Origin: Candidatus Omnitrophota bacterium
GTDB taxonomy: Bacteria; Omnitrophota; Gorgyraeia; Tantalellales; Tantalellaceae
Length of the DNA stretch: 64,000 nt
Direction of reading: 5' to 3'
Assembly (NCBI GenBank): GCA_049643885.1
Contig: JBARQV010000015.1
Location: forward strand, 11,430-75,429
This document shows positions 1-8,941 of this stretch, piece after piece. Below the pieces are notes generated by a model, which ran no database searches, was not told where the DNA came from, and saw only the letters and a list, made by a program, of their open reading frames with translations. Made by a program: the position numbers and the translations under genes. How positions within the stretch are numbered: the first letter of the stretch is position 1; each line of letters begins with the position of its first letter.

Positions 1-1
1 C

Positions 2-229
2 CATACTACGCTTGAGGCGAAAAAGTGGTTCTTAACAGGCCGCAAAATGAGCCTTTTTCATGCCGTCTGGCGCGCGCTTGACAGGTGTTTTTACCGCAGA
101 CTTTTGAGAAAAAAAGCATACAAGGACGGCGTGTACGGTATCGTCGTCGCCGTGTTCAGCGGATTATATCAGCTTGTAAGCTATGCAAAATATCAAGAGA
201 TGCTAACGAAGGAAAAAAGAGGGAGCTAA
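2..229 (+). CDS. C-terminal fragment of a family-2 glycosyltransferase (5' end outside window)
   Basis: Frame 2 is open from the window edge to the stop at 229. The C-terminus ...TTLEAKKWF...WRALDRCFYRRLL is paralogous to the C-terminus of the next GT2 (YTTLEAQELF...WRGLIFSILYAWV). Confidence 0.6.
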   Translation, partial: HTTLEAKKWFLTGRKMSLFHAVWRALDRCFYRRLLRKKAYKDGVYGIVVAVFSGLYQLVSYAKYQEMLTKEKRGS

Positions 230-230
230 A

Positions 231-1007
231 ATGGCAAGACAGAAATTTTCAGCGGTTGTTCTTACAAAAAACGTTGAAGATCAAGTGCGCGGAGTTCTTG
301 AATCCGTAAAATGGGCGGATGAAATCGTTATTGTTGACGGATTTAGCACCGATAAAACAGTGGATATTTGTAAGGAATATGGGGCTAAGATTGTACAGCA
401 TAAGTTTGGAGGAGACTTCGGTGAAGAAAGAAATATCGGCATAGATAATGCTTCCGGAGACTGGATATTACAGCTTGATGGTGACGATGTTGTAACGGAA
501 GGCTTTAAAGATAAGCTCATGAAGATCCTCGAAGGTGAAAATCAATACGTTGCTTATAAATTTCGACGTAAGAATTTCTTTATGGGGCATTTCATGAAGT
601 ACGGCGGCTGGTATCACTACTCGCTTCATCTTTTCAAAAAAGGATTTGCCAGATATAAGGGCAGAGTTCACCACGATCTAATTGTTGACGGTGAAATAGG
701 TGTTTTGGAAGCAGATGTAGAACATCACCCATTTCAAAATTTTTCACAGTTTATTGCAAGGCAAAATAGGTATACAACACTTGAAGCACAAGAGCTCTTT
801 GATTTACACGGAAAAATGCCGGACAAAAAGGTTAAATACAATATTAAGATAAAACCCGTTAAACTCTTCTGGAAGTTCTATGTAAAAAAACAGGGTTTCA
901 TGGAGGGCTGGAGAGGCCTTATTTTCTCTATTCTTTACGCGTGGGTCCATTTCGTTAAATGGGCAAAATACTGGGAGATCCAGAGGGATAATGGCATACG
1001 GGTGTGA
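231..1007 (+). CDS. Family-2 glycosyltransferase (WaaE/LPS-core type GT-A fold)
   Basis: N-terminal SAVVLTKN...DEIVIVDGFSTD and QLDGDD motif (DxD) in a 258-aa protein. Tandem paralog of the upstream fragment. Confidence 0.85.
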   Translation: MARQKFSAVVLTKNVEDQVRGVLESVKWADEIVIVDGFSTDKTVDICKEYGAKIVQHKFGGDFGEERNIGIDNASGDWILQLDGDDVVTEGFKDKLMKILEGENQYVAYKFRRKNFFMGHFMKYGGWYHYSLHLFKKGFARYKGRVHHDLIVDGEIGVLEADVEHHPFQNFSQFIARQNRYTTLEAQELFDLHGKMPDKKVKYNIKIKPVKLFWKFYVKKQGFMEGWRGLIFSILYAWVHFVKWAKYWEIQRDNGIRV

Positions 1008-2094
1008 CATAATACTCTTGAGCTATGAAAGCCCGGGTCTTTTGGAGAAGTGTGTCCGGAGCGTCTTGGACCATACCCGGGTCAGATCCCGGCTTATTAT
1101 CGTGGATAATGCCAGCCGCGACCCGGAGGTGGCGCGTTATATTGGCGGCATCAGCGGGAATGAGACCGTGGCGGTGGAAAAGATATTCAGCGAGGAAAAC
1201 GAGGGTTTCGCCGGCGGCATGAACCTGGGCCTGCGGTTATCCGGCGCGCCGTTCGCGTGTCTTTTGAATAATGACTGCGTGGTGACAGAGGGATGGCTTG
1301 AAGAAATGATCGCCGTGGCCCGGAGCCGTGATGATATAGGCCTTGTGAATCCCCAGAGCAACACCTTCGGCTCTAAGTCGCCGGGCGAAAAGGGAAAATA
1401 CTCGGAACTTGGGCATGCCATAGGTTTCGCGTGTCTAGTCAAGAAAGAAGTAATAGACCGTATCGGTTATCTGGATGAAGCCTACCAGGGGGTGTGTTAC
1501 GAGGATACCGATTTTTCTATCCGGGCGCAGAAGGCGGGATACATATCTGTTGTAGCCGAAGGGGCCTATGTTTTTCATCTTGAACAGGCTTCAAGAAGAA
1601 ATCTTAAAGAGAAAGAAGAGATATACCGCAGGAACAGGGAGATCTTTGAGAAGAGGTGGGGAAAACTCCTCAGGGTGCTCCACTTGAATTCACGGTATTC
1701 CGATAAGGAAGACATATTTTATGATTACGAAATACTGAAAGGGATAGCCAGGGAAAGGGCGATAGTCGACATGTGGATAGGCGCGGGCGGAAGGTTTTCG
1801 CCGGATGAGATCTATCAAAGGACGGTTAAACATGTCGATATCGGGGTCCACACTATCCCGGGCAGTTTTGTCAAGATCTCGATGCTGTTGAAGGTCCTGA
1901 CAAAGAAAAAGAAATACGACGCGGCTATAGTGGATAGCAGGGATGTCGCTTCTCTTTTGAGGTTCCTGCAGCCCGTGCACAAGACTGAAGTCTTGTTCCG
2001 GGAGGGCCGGACGAGGGTCGTATCCGGCAACGGACGGGCCTTTGATATGGAAAAACCCGGGGAAATTTCGGAATATCTGAGAAAGAGGATGTAA
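991..2094 (+). CDS. Family-2 glycosyltransferase with a ~150-aa C-terminal domain of unknown function
   Basis: DIILLSYESP...LIIVDNASRD and NNDCVV motifs in the N-terminal half. The C-terminal half has no recognisable motif. It overlaps the upstream gene by 17 nt. Confidence 0.8.
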   Translation: MAYGCDIILLSYESPGLLEKCVRSVLDHTRVRSRLIIVDNASRDPEVARYIGGISGNETVAVEKIFSEENEGFAGGMNLGLRLSGAPFACLLNNDCVVTEGWLEEMIAVARSRDDIGLVNPQSNTFGSKSPGEKGKYSELGHAIGFACLVKKEVIDRIGYLDEAYQGVCYEDTDFSIRAQKAGYISVVAEGAYVFHLEQASRRNLKEKEEIYRRNREIFEKRWGKLLRVLHLNSRYSDKEDIFYDYEILKGIARERAIVDMWIGAGGRFSPDEIYQRTVKHVDIGVHTIPGSFVKISMLLKVLTKKKKYDAAIVDSRDVASLLRFLQPVHKTEVLFREGRTRVVSGNGRAFDMEKPGEISEYLRKRM

Positions 2095-2146
2095 CCCCAC
2101 ACTTCCGTGCGGGGGAATGGATACTACAGGCGGAAGCCCGTAGAGG
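2095..2146 (+). repeat. Double-hairpin intergenic repeat, copy 1 (CCCCACACTTCCGTGcGGGG-N-CTACAGGCGGAAGCCcGTAGAGG)
   Basis: Starts immediately after the stop of the upstream GT2. Slightly degenerate: one A.C mismatch in each stem. The terminal TAGAGG lies 5 nt before the ATG at 2152. Confidence 0.85.
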
Positions 2147-2151
2147 TAGTT

Positions 2152-2562
2152 ATGCGTAAGCAAAAAATCCTAAAACTTGTTTTTGTGGTATGGATCGCGC
2201 TTTGGGTGTTGTTCCTTGTCCGGGAAGACAAGGACGGACAGTACGGCGCGCTAAAATATCTCTATACACATAGCGGGGAGGACCGGACCCGTTTTATCAT
2301 CGGCGAGCCTCTTTACGGGTTCTTGCTTTATTGCAGGGAAAACATCCCGATGGGATCAAGCTACCAGCTGCTGGGTTTCAAGAAGTTTTCCATAGATGAA
2401 GTAAGGGCCAGGTATTTTCTGTGGCCGCTGGTAAGTGTTCCCGAAGATCCGGATTTCAAGGTCGTTTACGGCAAGGGAGTATCTTCAGCCCTGGGGTATA
2501 AGGAATACGGCCGGTACGGTGAAGCGGGCTGTTTATTGATAAGGAAGGACCTCGTGAAATGA
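2152..2562 (+). CDS. Hypothetical protein with a single N-terminal TM anchor
   Basis: ATG at 2152 follows the repeat's AGAGG (MRKQKILKLVFVVWIALWVLFLV...). The ORF track's GTG start at 2107 would lie inside the repeat hairpin. Confidence 0.6.
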   Translation: MRKQKILKLVFVVWIALWVLFLVREDKDGQYGALKYLYTHSGEDRTRFIIGEPLYGFLLYCRENIPMGSSYQLLGFKKFSIDEVRARYFLWPLVSVPEDPDFKVVYGKGVSSALGYKEYGRYGEAGCLLIRKDLVK

Positions 2563-3953
2563 GTTTCGCTCTTTCTCTTTTATCGATCGAGATAGTCGGC
2601 ATGTTCTTCATATTCCTGGCGGTCAGGCCTAGCCGGCAGGAATATTCCTGCCTTGAATTTGTCTGCCTGTCATTCCTTGTGGGGATGGCTTTTACGTCAT
2701 ATCAACTATTCCTGTATTATGTCCTCGGGATAGATTTCAACCTGCTGAACATCCTCATCGTTCCGGGAATACTGCTCCTTATTATTTTTTCCCGCTATGC
2801 TTCGAAACCGGAAAGGCTAAAGGAGTTTCTCCCCGCGGTCGGTTACCGTTTGAAATGGGATCTTACTAAACGGTTCCTGGCGGCCGGCATCCTGGTGCAG
2901 ATCTTGTGGGTGCTCTTCCTGGTGATACCCACGCCGGTGTATTCCCATGACGCGGTAGCCAACTACGCGCTCAAGGCCAAGATCTTTTATTTCCTCGGCG
3001 GCGTGCCGGAAGGTTTTTTCAACTGGAGCGAATCCACGGTAGCGCACCCCGATTATCCGCTTCTCTTGCCTTTTCTGATGACATGGATATACGCCTTCAC
3101 GGGTTTCAACGACCTGGTGGTGAACTTGGTCATGCCGGTCATCTATCTTAGCTTCCTGGGGCTGTTTTATTCCCAGGCAAAAAAGATCTTTTCCGGGGCT
3201 TACGCGCTGCTTCTGACGTTTTTTATCGCTACCGTGCCGCAGGTCGCCGATTACGCTACGGTTATCCACGCGGACCTGATTTTGACGGCGGTGGTCACAG
3301 GGGCCTTTTTGTATTTTTTCCTCTATATCCGGAATATGAGCAAAGTGGACCTAGTGCTGTCGTCTATTTTGATCGGCTCTTCATTATGGGTCAAGAACGA
3401 GGCGATCGTTTTCGCCGGAGCCTTACTGGCGGTATTCGCTGCCTTTGTGCTTAGATCCGGCCCGGCCGATAAAAGACGCTTGATTTCGGGTCTGTTTCTG
3501 TTTATCATTATCGCGGCCGTTATTTCAGCTCCCTGGCTCGCGACTAAAGCGTTAAATCACGCGGCGAACAGTGATATTGATATTTCCAGGATGACACCGG
3601 ACCGGTTATTGCAAAATGTTAAAGATATTCCGGTCCTGCTTAATCTTTTCCAGCAGGAAGTATTCGGTCCGAAGAAATGGAATATTCTCTGGATGATCCT
3701 TCTGGCTGCCGTTATCTGGAAAAGGAAAGACGTCTGGCGGGGCGAAAATTTTTACACGACACTTTTCATCATCCTTGCGGCCTCGGGCTATTTTGCCGGA
3801 TACATGGCAACTACGGGAAATAACCTGTATTTCTATGTCAATACTACGATCTCCAGGTTCATGCTGCATTTTTCGGGTTTGGCGCTTTTTCTCACTGCCA
3901 GCCTGATCTACGGCGATGTCAGAGAGGTACCAAGCTTTAAAGAAGGGAGCTGA
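2559..3953 (+). CDS. Polytopic integral membrane protein, possibly a GT-C type glycosyltransferase or polymerase of the glycan cluster
   Basis: 464 aa with at least 11 hydrophobic segments. ATGA overlap with the upstream gene. Function inferred from context only. Confidence 0.5.
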   Translation: MSFALSLLSIEIVGMFFIFLAVRPSRQEYSCLEFVCLSFLVGMAFTSYQLFLYYVLGIDFNLLNILIVPGILLLIIFSRYASKPERLKEFLPAVGYRLKWDLTKRFLAAGILVQILWVLFLVIPTPVYSHDAVANYALKAKIFYFLGGVPEGFFNWSESTVAHPDYPLLLPFLMTWIYAFTGFNDLVVNLVMPVIYLSFLGLFYSQAKKIFSGAYALLLTFFIATVPQVADYATVIHADLILTAVVTGAFLYFFLYIRNMSKVDLVLSSILIGSSLWVKNEAIVFAGALLAVFAAFVLRSGPADKRRLISGLFLFIIIAAVISAPWLATKALNHAANSDIDISRMTPDRLLQNVKDIPVLLNLFQQEVFGPKKWNILWMILLAAVIWKRKDVWRGENFYTTLFIILAASGYFAGYMATTGNNLYFYVNTTISRFMLHFSGLALFLTASLIYGDVREVPSFKEGS

Positions 3954-4517
3954 ATGAGCGAAGAATACGTCTTTATCGACAGGGACGGTGTCATAAACAA
4001 GGACCCGGGAGGCTGGACCGAATACGGTTACGTGACCAGGTGGGAAGACTTTCATTTCCTGCCGGGCACTCTTGAAGCCCTTAAGGCGCTTAAGGGCGCC
4101 GGGTACAAGGCCGTGATAATCTCCAATCAGCAAGGGGTGGGAAAAGGTTATTTTACGGAAGCGGCCCTGAAGGATATCACCGGTAAAATGGTAAGTACAA
4201 TAAAGGGATCAGGGGGAGAGGTAGCCGGTGTTTTTTATTGCATCCATGCCAAAGAAGAAGATTGTGATTGCAGGAAACCCAAGGCCGGCCTGTTTCTTAA
4301 AGCCAAGGAAGAGCTTGGCATAGAAAGTTTCGAGAGTAATTTTTATATGGGGGATACGGAACGCGATATTCAGGCAGGCCGGGCAGCGGGACTCAAGACC
4401 ATCCTTGTCCTTTCGGGCAAGTCTTCCCGCCAGGATGCTGAAGGGTGGAGCCATAAGCCGGATCATATATGCGGCAGTATCGCTGAAGCGGTGAACATAG
4501 TGATAGGAGGAGAATGA
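3954..4517 (+). CDS. gmhB: D,D-heptose 1,7-bisphosphate phosphatase (HAD family)
   Basis: FIDRDGVIN motif I, ISNQQG, CDCRKPK (zinc-loop type) and GDTERD motif IV. Confidence 0.85.
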   Translation: MSEEYVFIDRDGVINKDPGGWTEYGYVTRWEDFHFLPGTLEALKALKGAGYKAVIISNQQGVGKGYFTEAALKDITGKMVSTIKGSGGEVAGVFYCIHAKEEDCDCRKPKAGLFLKAKEELGIESFESNFYMGDTERDIQAGRAAGLKTILVLSGKSSRQDAEGWSHKPDHICGSIAEAVNIVIGGE

Positions 4518-5644
4518 AAAAAGTCATTATAATATATTCCACGGCCGGTATGGGCCACAAAAAAGCGGCCTTGGCACTTTTGAAGACTTTCCGTGAAAAG
4601 GGGGAAGGTCTTATCGAGGTCAAGGCGATCGACCTCTTGGAATACTCGACCAGGTTTTACAAGTTTTTGTATATTACGTTCTATATTTTCGTTGTGCAGC
4701 GGGCTAAATGGTTCTGGAGTATGATGTATTATACTTCTAACCATCCAGCTATCGATATCCTTGTCCGGAAGATCCGGGAATGGCTGGATTCGAAAAGCCT
4801 GAAGATGCTGAGAGAGATGCTGGCAGAAGAAGCGCCGGACGCGATAGTCGCCACGCATTTTTTGCTGCCGGGCATAGCGAGCGCCCTTAAAGGGACGAAG
4901 GGTTTTAAGTCCATGATGTACGTCGTGGTGACCGATTACGGACCGCACAGTTACTGGCTTTCCGATCATATCGACGGTTATTTCGTGGGCGCGGAATACA
5001 CTTTACAGGAGATGGTCAAAAGGGGAGTGCCGGCCGGAAAGATCGTTGTCACCGGTATCCCTACCCAGGAAGAATTCAGCAGTGCCTTCAATACTGACGA
5101 AATGCGCGGAAAATATGACCTGGACAGGGAAAAGAAGACTGTATTTCTTTTGAGCGGGGGATTCGGTGTCGGTCCCATGGAAGGGATATTGCGTTCCCTG
5201 AATTCATGCCGCGCGGATATACAGGTGATCACGGTCTGCGGGCATAACAAGGACGCGTACCGGAAGATAGAGGCATTGAGGTCTGAGCTTAACTACCGGG
5301 TGATACTCTTCGGGTATACGGAAAAAATAGCAGAGCTTATGTCCGTGTCGGACCTTATGGTGACAAAAGCCGGGGGGATAAGCGTGACGGAAGCCATGAA
5401 CATGCGTCTGCCTATGGTCCTTTTCGCTTCAATACCCGGGCAGGAAACGTGGAATGAGATACTCCTGACCAGGAACGGTGCTGCTGAAAAGGCGAGGAGA
5501 GTCGAAGACATACCGGTCATGGCAGACAGGATCCTTTTATCCGGAGAAGTCCTGAACAGCATAAAATCCGGTATCGACAAGATCCGCCGGCCGGATGCCG
5601 CGGAAAAAGTCACTGATATCGTCATGGATAGAATAAGGGAGTAA
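4514..5644 (+). CDS. GT28-family diacylglycerol glycosyltransferase (MGDG synthase / UgtP-like)
   Basis: N-terminal IIYSTAGMGHKKAA and G-loop SGGFGVG, in the MGDG_synth plus glycosyltransferase-28 C-terminal architecture. ATGA overlap with gmhB. Confidence 0.75.
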   Translation: MKKVIIIYSTAGMGHKKAALALLKTFREKGEGLIEVKAIDLLEYSTRFYKFLYITFYIFVVQRAKWFWSMMYYTSNHPAIDILVRKIREWLDSKSLKMLREMLAEEAPDAIVATHFLLPGIASALKGTKGFKSMMYVVVTDYGPHSYWLSDHIDGYFVGAEYTLQEMVKRGVPAGKIVVTGIPTQEEFSSAFNTDEMRGKYDLDREKKTVFLLSGGFGVGPMEGILRSLNSCRADIQVITVCGHNKDAYRKIEALRSELNYRVILFGYTEKIAELMSVSDLMVTKAGGISVTEAMNMRLPMVLFASIPGQETWNEILLTRNGAAEKARRVEDIPVMADRILLSGEVLNSIKSGIDKIRRPDAAEKVTDIVMDRIRE

Positions 5645-5648
5645 AAAA

Positions 5649-6320
5649 ATGGATGACCTTTACGAAGGTATTAAGAACATTATTGAGTCCGAAAGACTGG
5701 CCGGAGTGGAAGAGATATGTCTTTCCGGGTCCGCAAAAAAACAGGAGACCTTTGAGGGGCTTAAAAAGGCGGTTCTCGAATGTCATCGCTGTCCGCTGGC
5801 TCATACCCGGACTAATGTGGTTTTCGGTGAAGGAAACCCCAGGGCCAAACTTATGTTCATAGGAGAGGCTCCGGGTGGCGATGAAGATAAACAGGGCAGG
5901 CCTTTTGTCGGACGGGCCGGGCAATTGTTGACAAAGATAATTGAATCCATAGGGCTTAAAAGAGAAGATGTATATATAGCGAATATTCTCAAGTGCCGTC
6001 CTCCCGGGAACAGAAATCCTCTACCGAGCGAGATCGCCACGTGTGTTACGTATCTTGAGAAACAGATCGAATTCATAAAACCCGGGATAATATGCGCGCT
6101 CGGTAAGTTCGCCGCCCAGACCCTTTTGAATACCGAGACCCCTATCAGCAGATTGCGCGGGAAGTTCCACGAGTACCGGGGCATCAAACTGATGCCTACT
6201 TATCATCCCGCGTATCTGTTGCGGAATCCCGGGGGCAAGAGAGAAGTATGGGAGGACATGAAAAAGGTGGCTAAAGAGTTAGGTCTTGAAATGCCTCCAA
6301 AAAGAGGGGTAAAGGGGTAA
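5649..6320 (+). CDS. Uracil-DNA glycosylase, family 4
   Basis: GEAPGGDEDKQGRPFVGRAGQLL and ANILKCRPPGNRNP motifs; C-x2-C near the N-terminus. Confidence 0.9.
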   Translation: MDDLYEGIKNIIESERLAGVEEICLSGSAKKQETFEGLKKAVLECHRCPLAHTRTNVVFGEGNPRAKLMFIGEAPGGDEDKQGRPFVGRAGQLLTKIIESIGLKREDVYIANILKCRPPGNRNPLPSEIATCVTYLEKQIEFIKPGIICALGKFAAQTLLNTETPISRLRGKFHEYRGIKLMPTYHPAYLLRNPGGKREVWEDMKKVAKELGLEMPPKRGVKG

Positions 6321-6325
6321 GGGGC

Positions 6326-6646
6326 ATGGATAAAAGAGAATTCATCCGCGAATTCATCACGTCCGATATCAAGTTGTATGATACGGAAGGGGATTTCATT
6401 TGCAAGGTAAATACTTATGATATTTCCGCGGGCGGCGTGCTGCTGGTTTCCAGCGGCCTTGAGTTCGAAAAGTTCGATACGGGTGACGAAGTGAATTTCA
6501 TCCTGACGATCCCGACCGGGGAAGTATCGGGTACGGCGGAAGTAATATGGGTGGACGAAGAAGAGTACAGGATGGGGCTGAAGTTCAAGAAGATACTCAA
6601 GGGCGCGTCCAACCTCATGGCGTTCATCGCCAACGGATTCTTTTAG
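6326..6646 (+). CDS. Standalone PilZ-domain (c-di-GMP binding) protein
   Basis: REFIR (RxxxR) and DISAGG (DxSxxG) motifs in a 106-aa protein. Confidence 0.75.
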   Translation: MDKREFIREFITSDIKLYDTEGDFICKVNTYDISAGGVLLVSSGLEFEKFDTGDEVNFILTIPTGEVSGTAEVIWVDEEEYRMGLKFKKILKGASNLMAFIANGFF

Positions 6647-6694
6647 TGTATAACATGTATAATTGGAATGTTTTGTGCGGGACTGTGAATTTGT

Positions 6695-6840
6695 ATTGCC
6701 TGTCTGTTCCGTACAGGGCTTTAAATTTCCGAGCGGGCACGGTTCGCCCGTGGCTAACTTCCGGCGAGAGCGAGGAAATTTTAGAGTCCGATTTACTCGC
6801 CGGGAAAATCGGACGTCCCTGGTAGGAACGGACAGGCAAT
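6695..6840. repeat. ~145-bp structured element closed by a 22-bp imperfect inverted repeat (ATTGCCTGTCtGTTCCgTACAGG ... CCTGGTAgGAACgGACAGGCAAT), with internal hairpins
   Basis: The terminal inverted repeat and the internal stems (CGGGCACGGTTCGCCCG; CCGATTT...AAATCGG) were read directly from the sequence. It sits between the PilZ gene and priA. Confidence 0.6.
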
Positions 6841-6867
6841 AAAAAAGCGACCAACGACAGACGAATC

Positions 6868-8868
6868 ATGACTAAAGAGTATCAATACGTTGAAGTAATA
6901 ACGAGCTTGCCGATCGACCGCACCTTCCAGTACCGGGTAACGGGCAGGGAAAGCCATCCGCCCGCTATCGGTAAAAGGGTGTATATACCGTTCCGCAGCA
7001 AAAAACGCATCGGGTATATTGTGAAGATCGAGGCCGATCCCGTGGTCAAGGACCCCAAACCCCTTATAGACATCATCGATGACGAGCCGATCTTCTCGGA
7101 GGAGATGATGGATCTGGCCAGGTGGCTCAAGGACAGGTATTTTTGTTCATGGGGTGAGGCGCTTGAAGCCATGATACCCGGGGTATTGAAACACGGTCAG
7201 GTCTCCTCCGTTTCCAGGGTCCAGGAGAAGCGGAAGAAGGTCGAAAGGGTGAACCCCCACACGCCTAATGCCGAACAGAAAAAGGTCCTGGACGACATCA
7301 ACAAATGCCTTGATGCGGGAAAACACGAGGTTTTTCTTCTTCATGGCATCACCGGAAGCGGTAAGACCGAGATATACCTCCAGGCCATGGAAAGTGTCAT
7401 AGCCAAGGGCAGATCCGGGATCATGCTTGTCCCGGAGATATCTCTCACCCCGCAGACGGTGGAAAGGTTCCAGTCGAGGTTCGGCAGTAAAGTCGCTGTT
7501 TTTCATTCCAGGATGCTGCAGAGCGCCAAGTTCAAGGAATGGAAAAGGATCAAGGAAGGCAAGGCCAGGGTCGTGGTAGGTCCCCGGTCTGCCGTCTTCA
7601 GCCCTTTCAAAGACCCGGGCATATTTATCGTCGACGAAGAACACGAACCAAGTTATAAGCAGGATGATGTTCCAAGATACCATGCCAGGGACTTTGCCAT
7701 AGAGAGGGCGCGGAGGGCTTCTGTCCCTGTAATACTCGGCAGTGCCACGCCTTCTTTGGAGTCGTACCATAAGGCAATGACAGGTGAATACCGTTTGGTA
7801 GAACTTACCCAGAGGATCAAGGAAAAAGAACTGCCCAAGGTCAAGCTGGTAGACATGAGGATGGAGTTCGGTACCAGGTCAGGGAGACAGGTGATCTCTC
7901 GTGTGATGGAGGACGTGCTTCGCAAGGACCTTGCTAAAAAACAGCAGGTCCTGGTATTCCTTAACAGGAGGGGGTTTTCCACGTTTGTCAGTTGCCGAAA
8001 GTGCGGATACGTAATAAAATGCGATAAATGTGACTCGCCTCTGGTGTTCCACAAGGAGAAGGACGCGCTCATATGCCATTACTGTAACCGGAGGATACCG
8101 CCGGCGAAGATCTGTCCCGCCTGCAACGGCGATTACTTGATGTATAAAGGGACCGGGACACAGAGGGTGGAGTCGGAGATCAGGAAGATATTCCCCGATG
8201 TCCGGATCGCCCGGATGGATTCTGATACCATGGGCAAAAGAGGTTCGCACGAAAGGGTCCTGGGCCAGTTCAAGGAACATCAGATAGATGTCATCGTCGG
8301 GACGCAGATGATCGCCAAGGGATTGGATTTCCCCAGGGTCACGCTGGTCGGGGTGATATCCGCCGACGCGAACCTGAACCTTCCGGATTTCAGGTCCGGA
8401 GAAAGGACGTTCAACCTTATTACCCAGGTCGCCGGGAGGGCCGGGCGCGGGGATCTTGGCGGTGAAGTGATCGTCCAGACTTTTACCCCGGAGCATTATG
8501 CCGTCAGTTTCGCCGCAAAGCATGATTATCACGGTTTTTATGACCGTGAGATAATATCCAGGAGGGAGCTCCTTTTTCCGCCTTTCATGCACCTGGTAAA
8601 GTTGACTTTAAGGGGCAGAAAAGAAGAGAACGTGGTCAAAAGCGCCGAGAAGCTGGCTGAACGCCTCAGGAAGAAGATCCCCGGTATAGACATCCTCGGT
8701 CCGGCACCGTCGCCGATGTTGAAACTCAGAGGATACTACAGGTGGAACGTAATAGTAAAGACAAGGGACAGGGACGGGGTGATAAAAAAGTTTCGTGAAG
8801 TGTTAAAGGGTTTCCGCAAAGGGACAGGTGTTTTCCTCGCGGTGGACGTGGATCCTATTACGATGTAG
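6868..8868 (+). CDS. priA: Primosomal protein N' (replication restart helicase)
   Basis: Walker A GITGSGKTE, DEEHE box, Cys4 zinc finger CRKCGYVIKCDKCDSPLVFH...CHYCN. Confidence 0.95.
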   Translation: MTKEYQYVEVITSLPIDRTFQYRVTGRESHPPAIGKRVYIPFRSKKRIGYIVKIEADPVVKDPKPLIDIIDDEPIFSEEMMDLARWLKDRYFCSWGEALEAMIPGVLKHGQVSSVSRVQEKRKKVERVNPHTPNAEQKKVLDDINKCLDAGKHEVFLLHGITGSGKTEIYLQAMESVIAKGRSGIMLVPEISLTPQTVERFQSRFGSKVAVFHSRMLQSAKFKEWKRIKEGKARVVVGPRSAVFSPFKDPGIFIVDEEHEPSYKQDDVPRYHARDFAIERARRASVPVILGSATPSLESYHKAMTGEYRLVELTQRIKEKELPKVKLVDMRMEFGTRSGRQVISRVMEDVLRKDLAKKQQVLVFLNRRGFSTFVSCRKCGYVIKCDKCDSPLVFHKEKDALICHYCNRRIPPAKICPACNGDYLMYKGTGTQRVESEIRKIFPDVRIARMDSDTMGKRGSHERVLGQFKEHQIDVIVGTQMIAKGLDFPRVTLVGVISADANLNLPDFRSGERTFNLITQVAGRAGRGDLGGEVIVQTFTPEHYAVSFAAKHDYHGFYDREIISRRELLFPPFMHLVKLTLRGRKEENVVKSAEKLAERLRKKIPGIDILGPAPSPMLKLRGYYRWNVIVKTRDRDGVIKKFREVLKGFRKGTGVFLAVDVDPITM

Positions 8869-8917
8869 TTGTCGGTCGTCGGTAGTCGGTGGTAAATTTA
8901 CGATATACGACCGACAA
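8869..8917. terminator. 10-bp stem hairpin (TTGTCGGTCG ... CGACCGACAA) after priA; its 3' arm is part of the recurring ACGACCGACAACCGAC motif
   Basis: The complementarity was read directly. No U-tract follows, so it may be a terminator, an attenuator or a processing site. Confidence 0.4.
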
Positions 8918-8941
8918 CCGACGAAATACGAGAGGTGCGAT

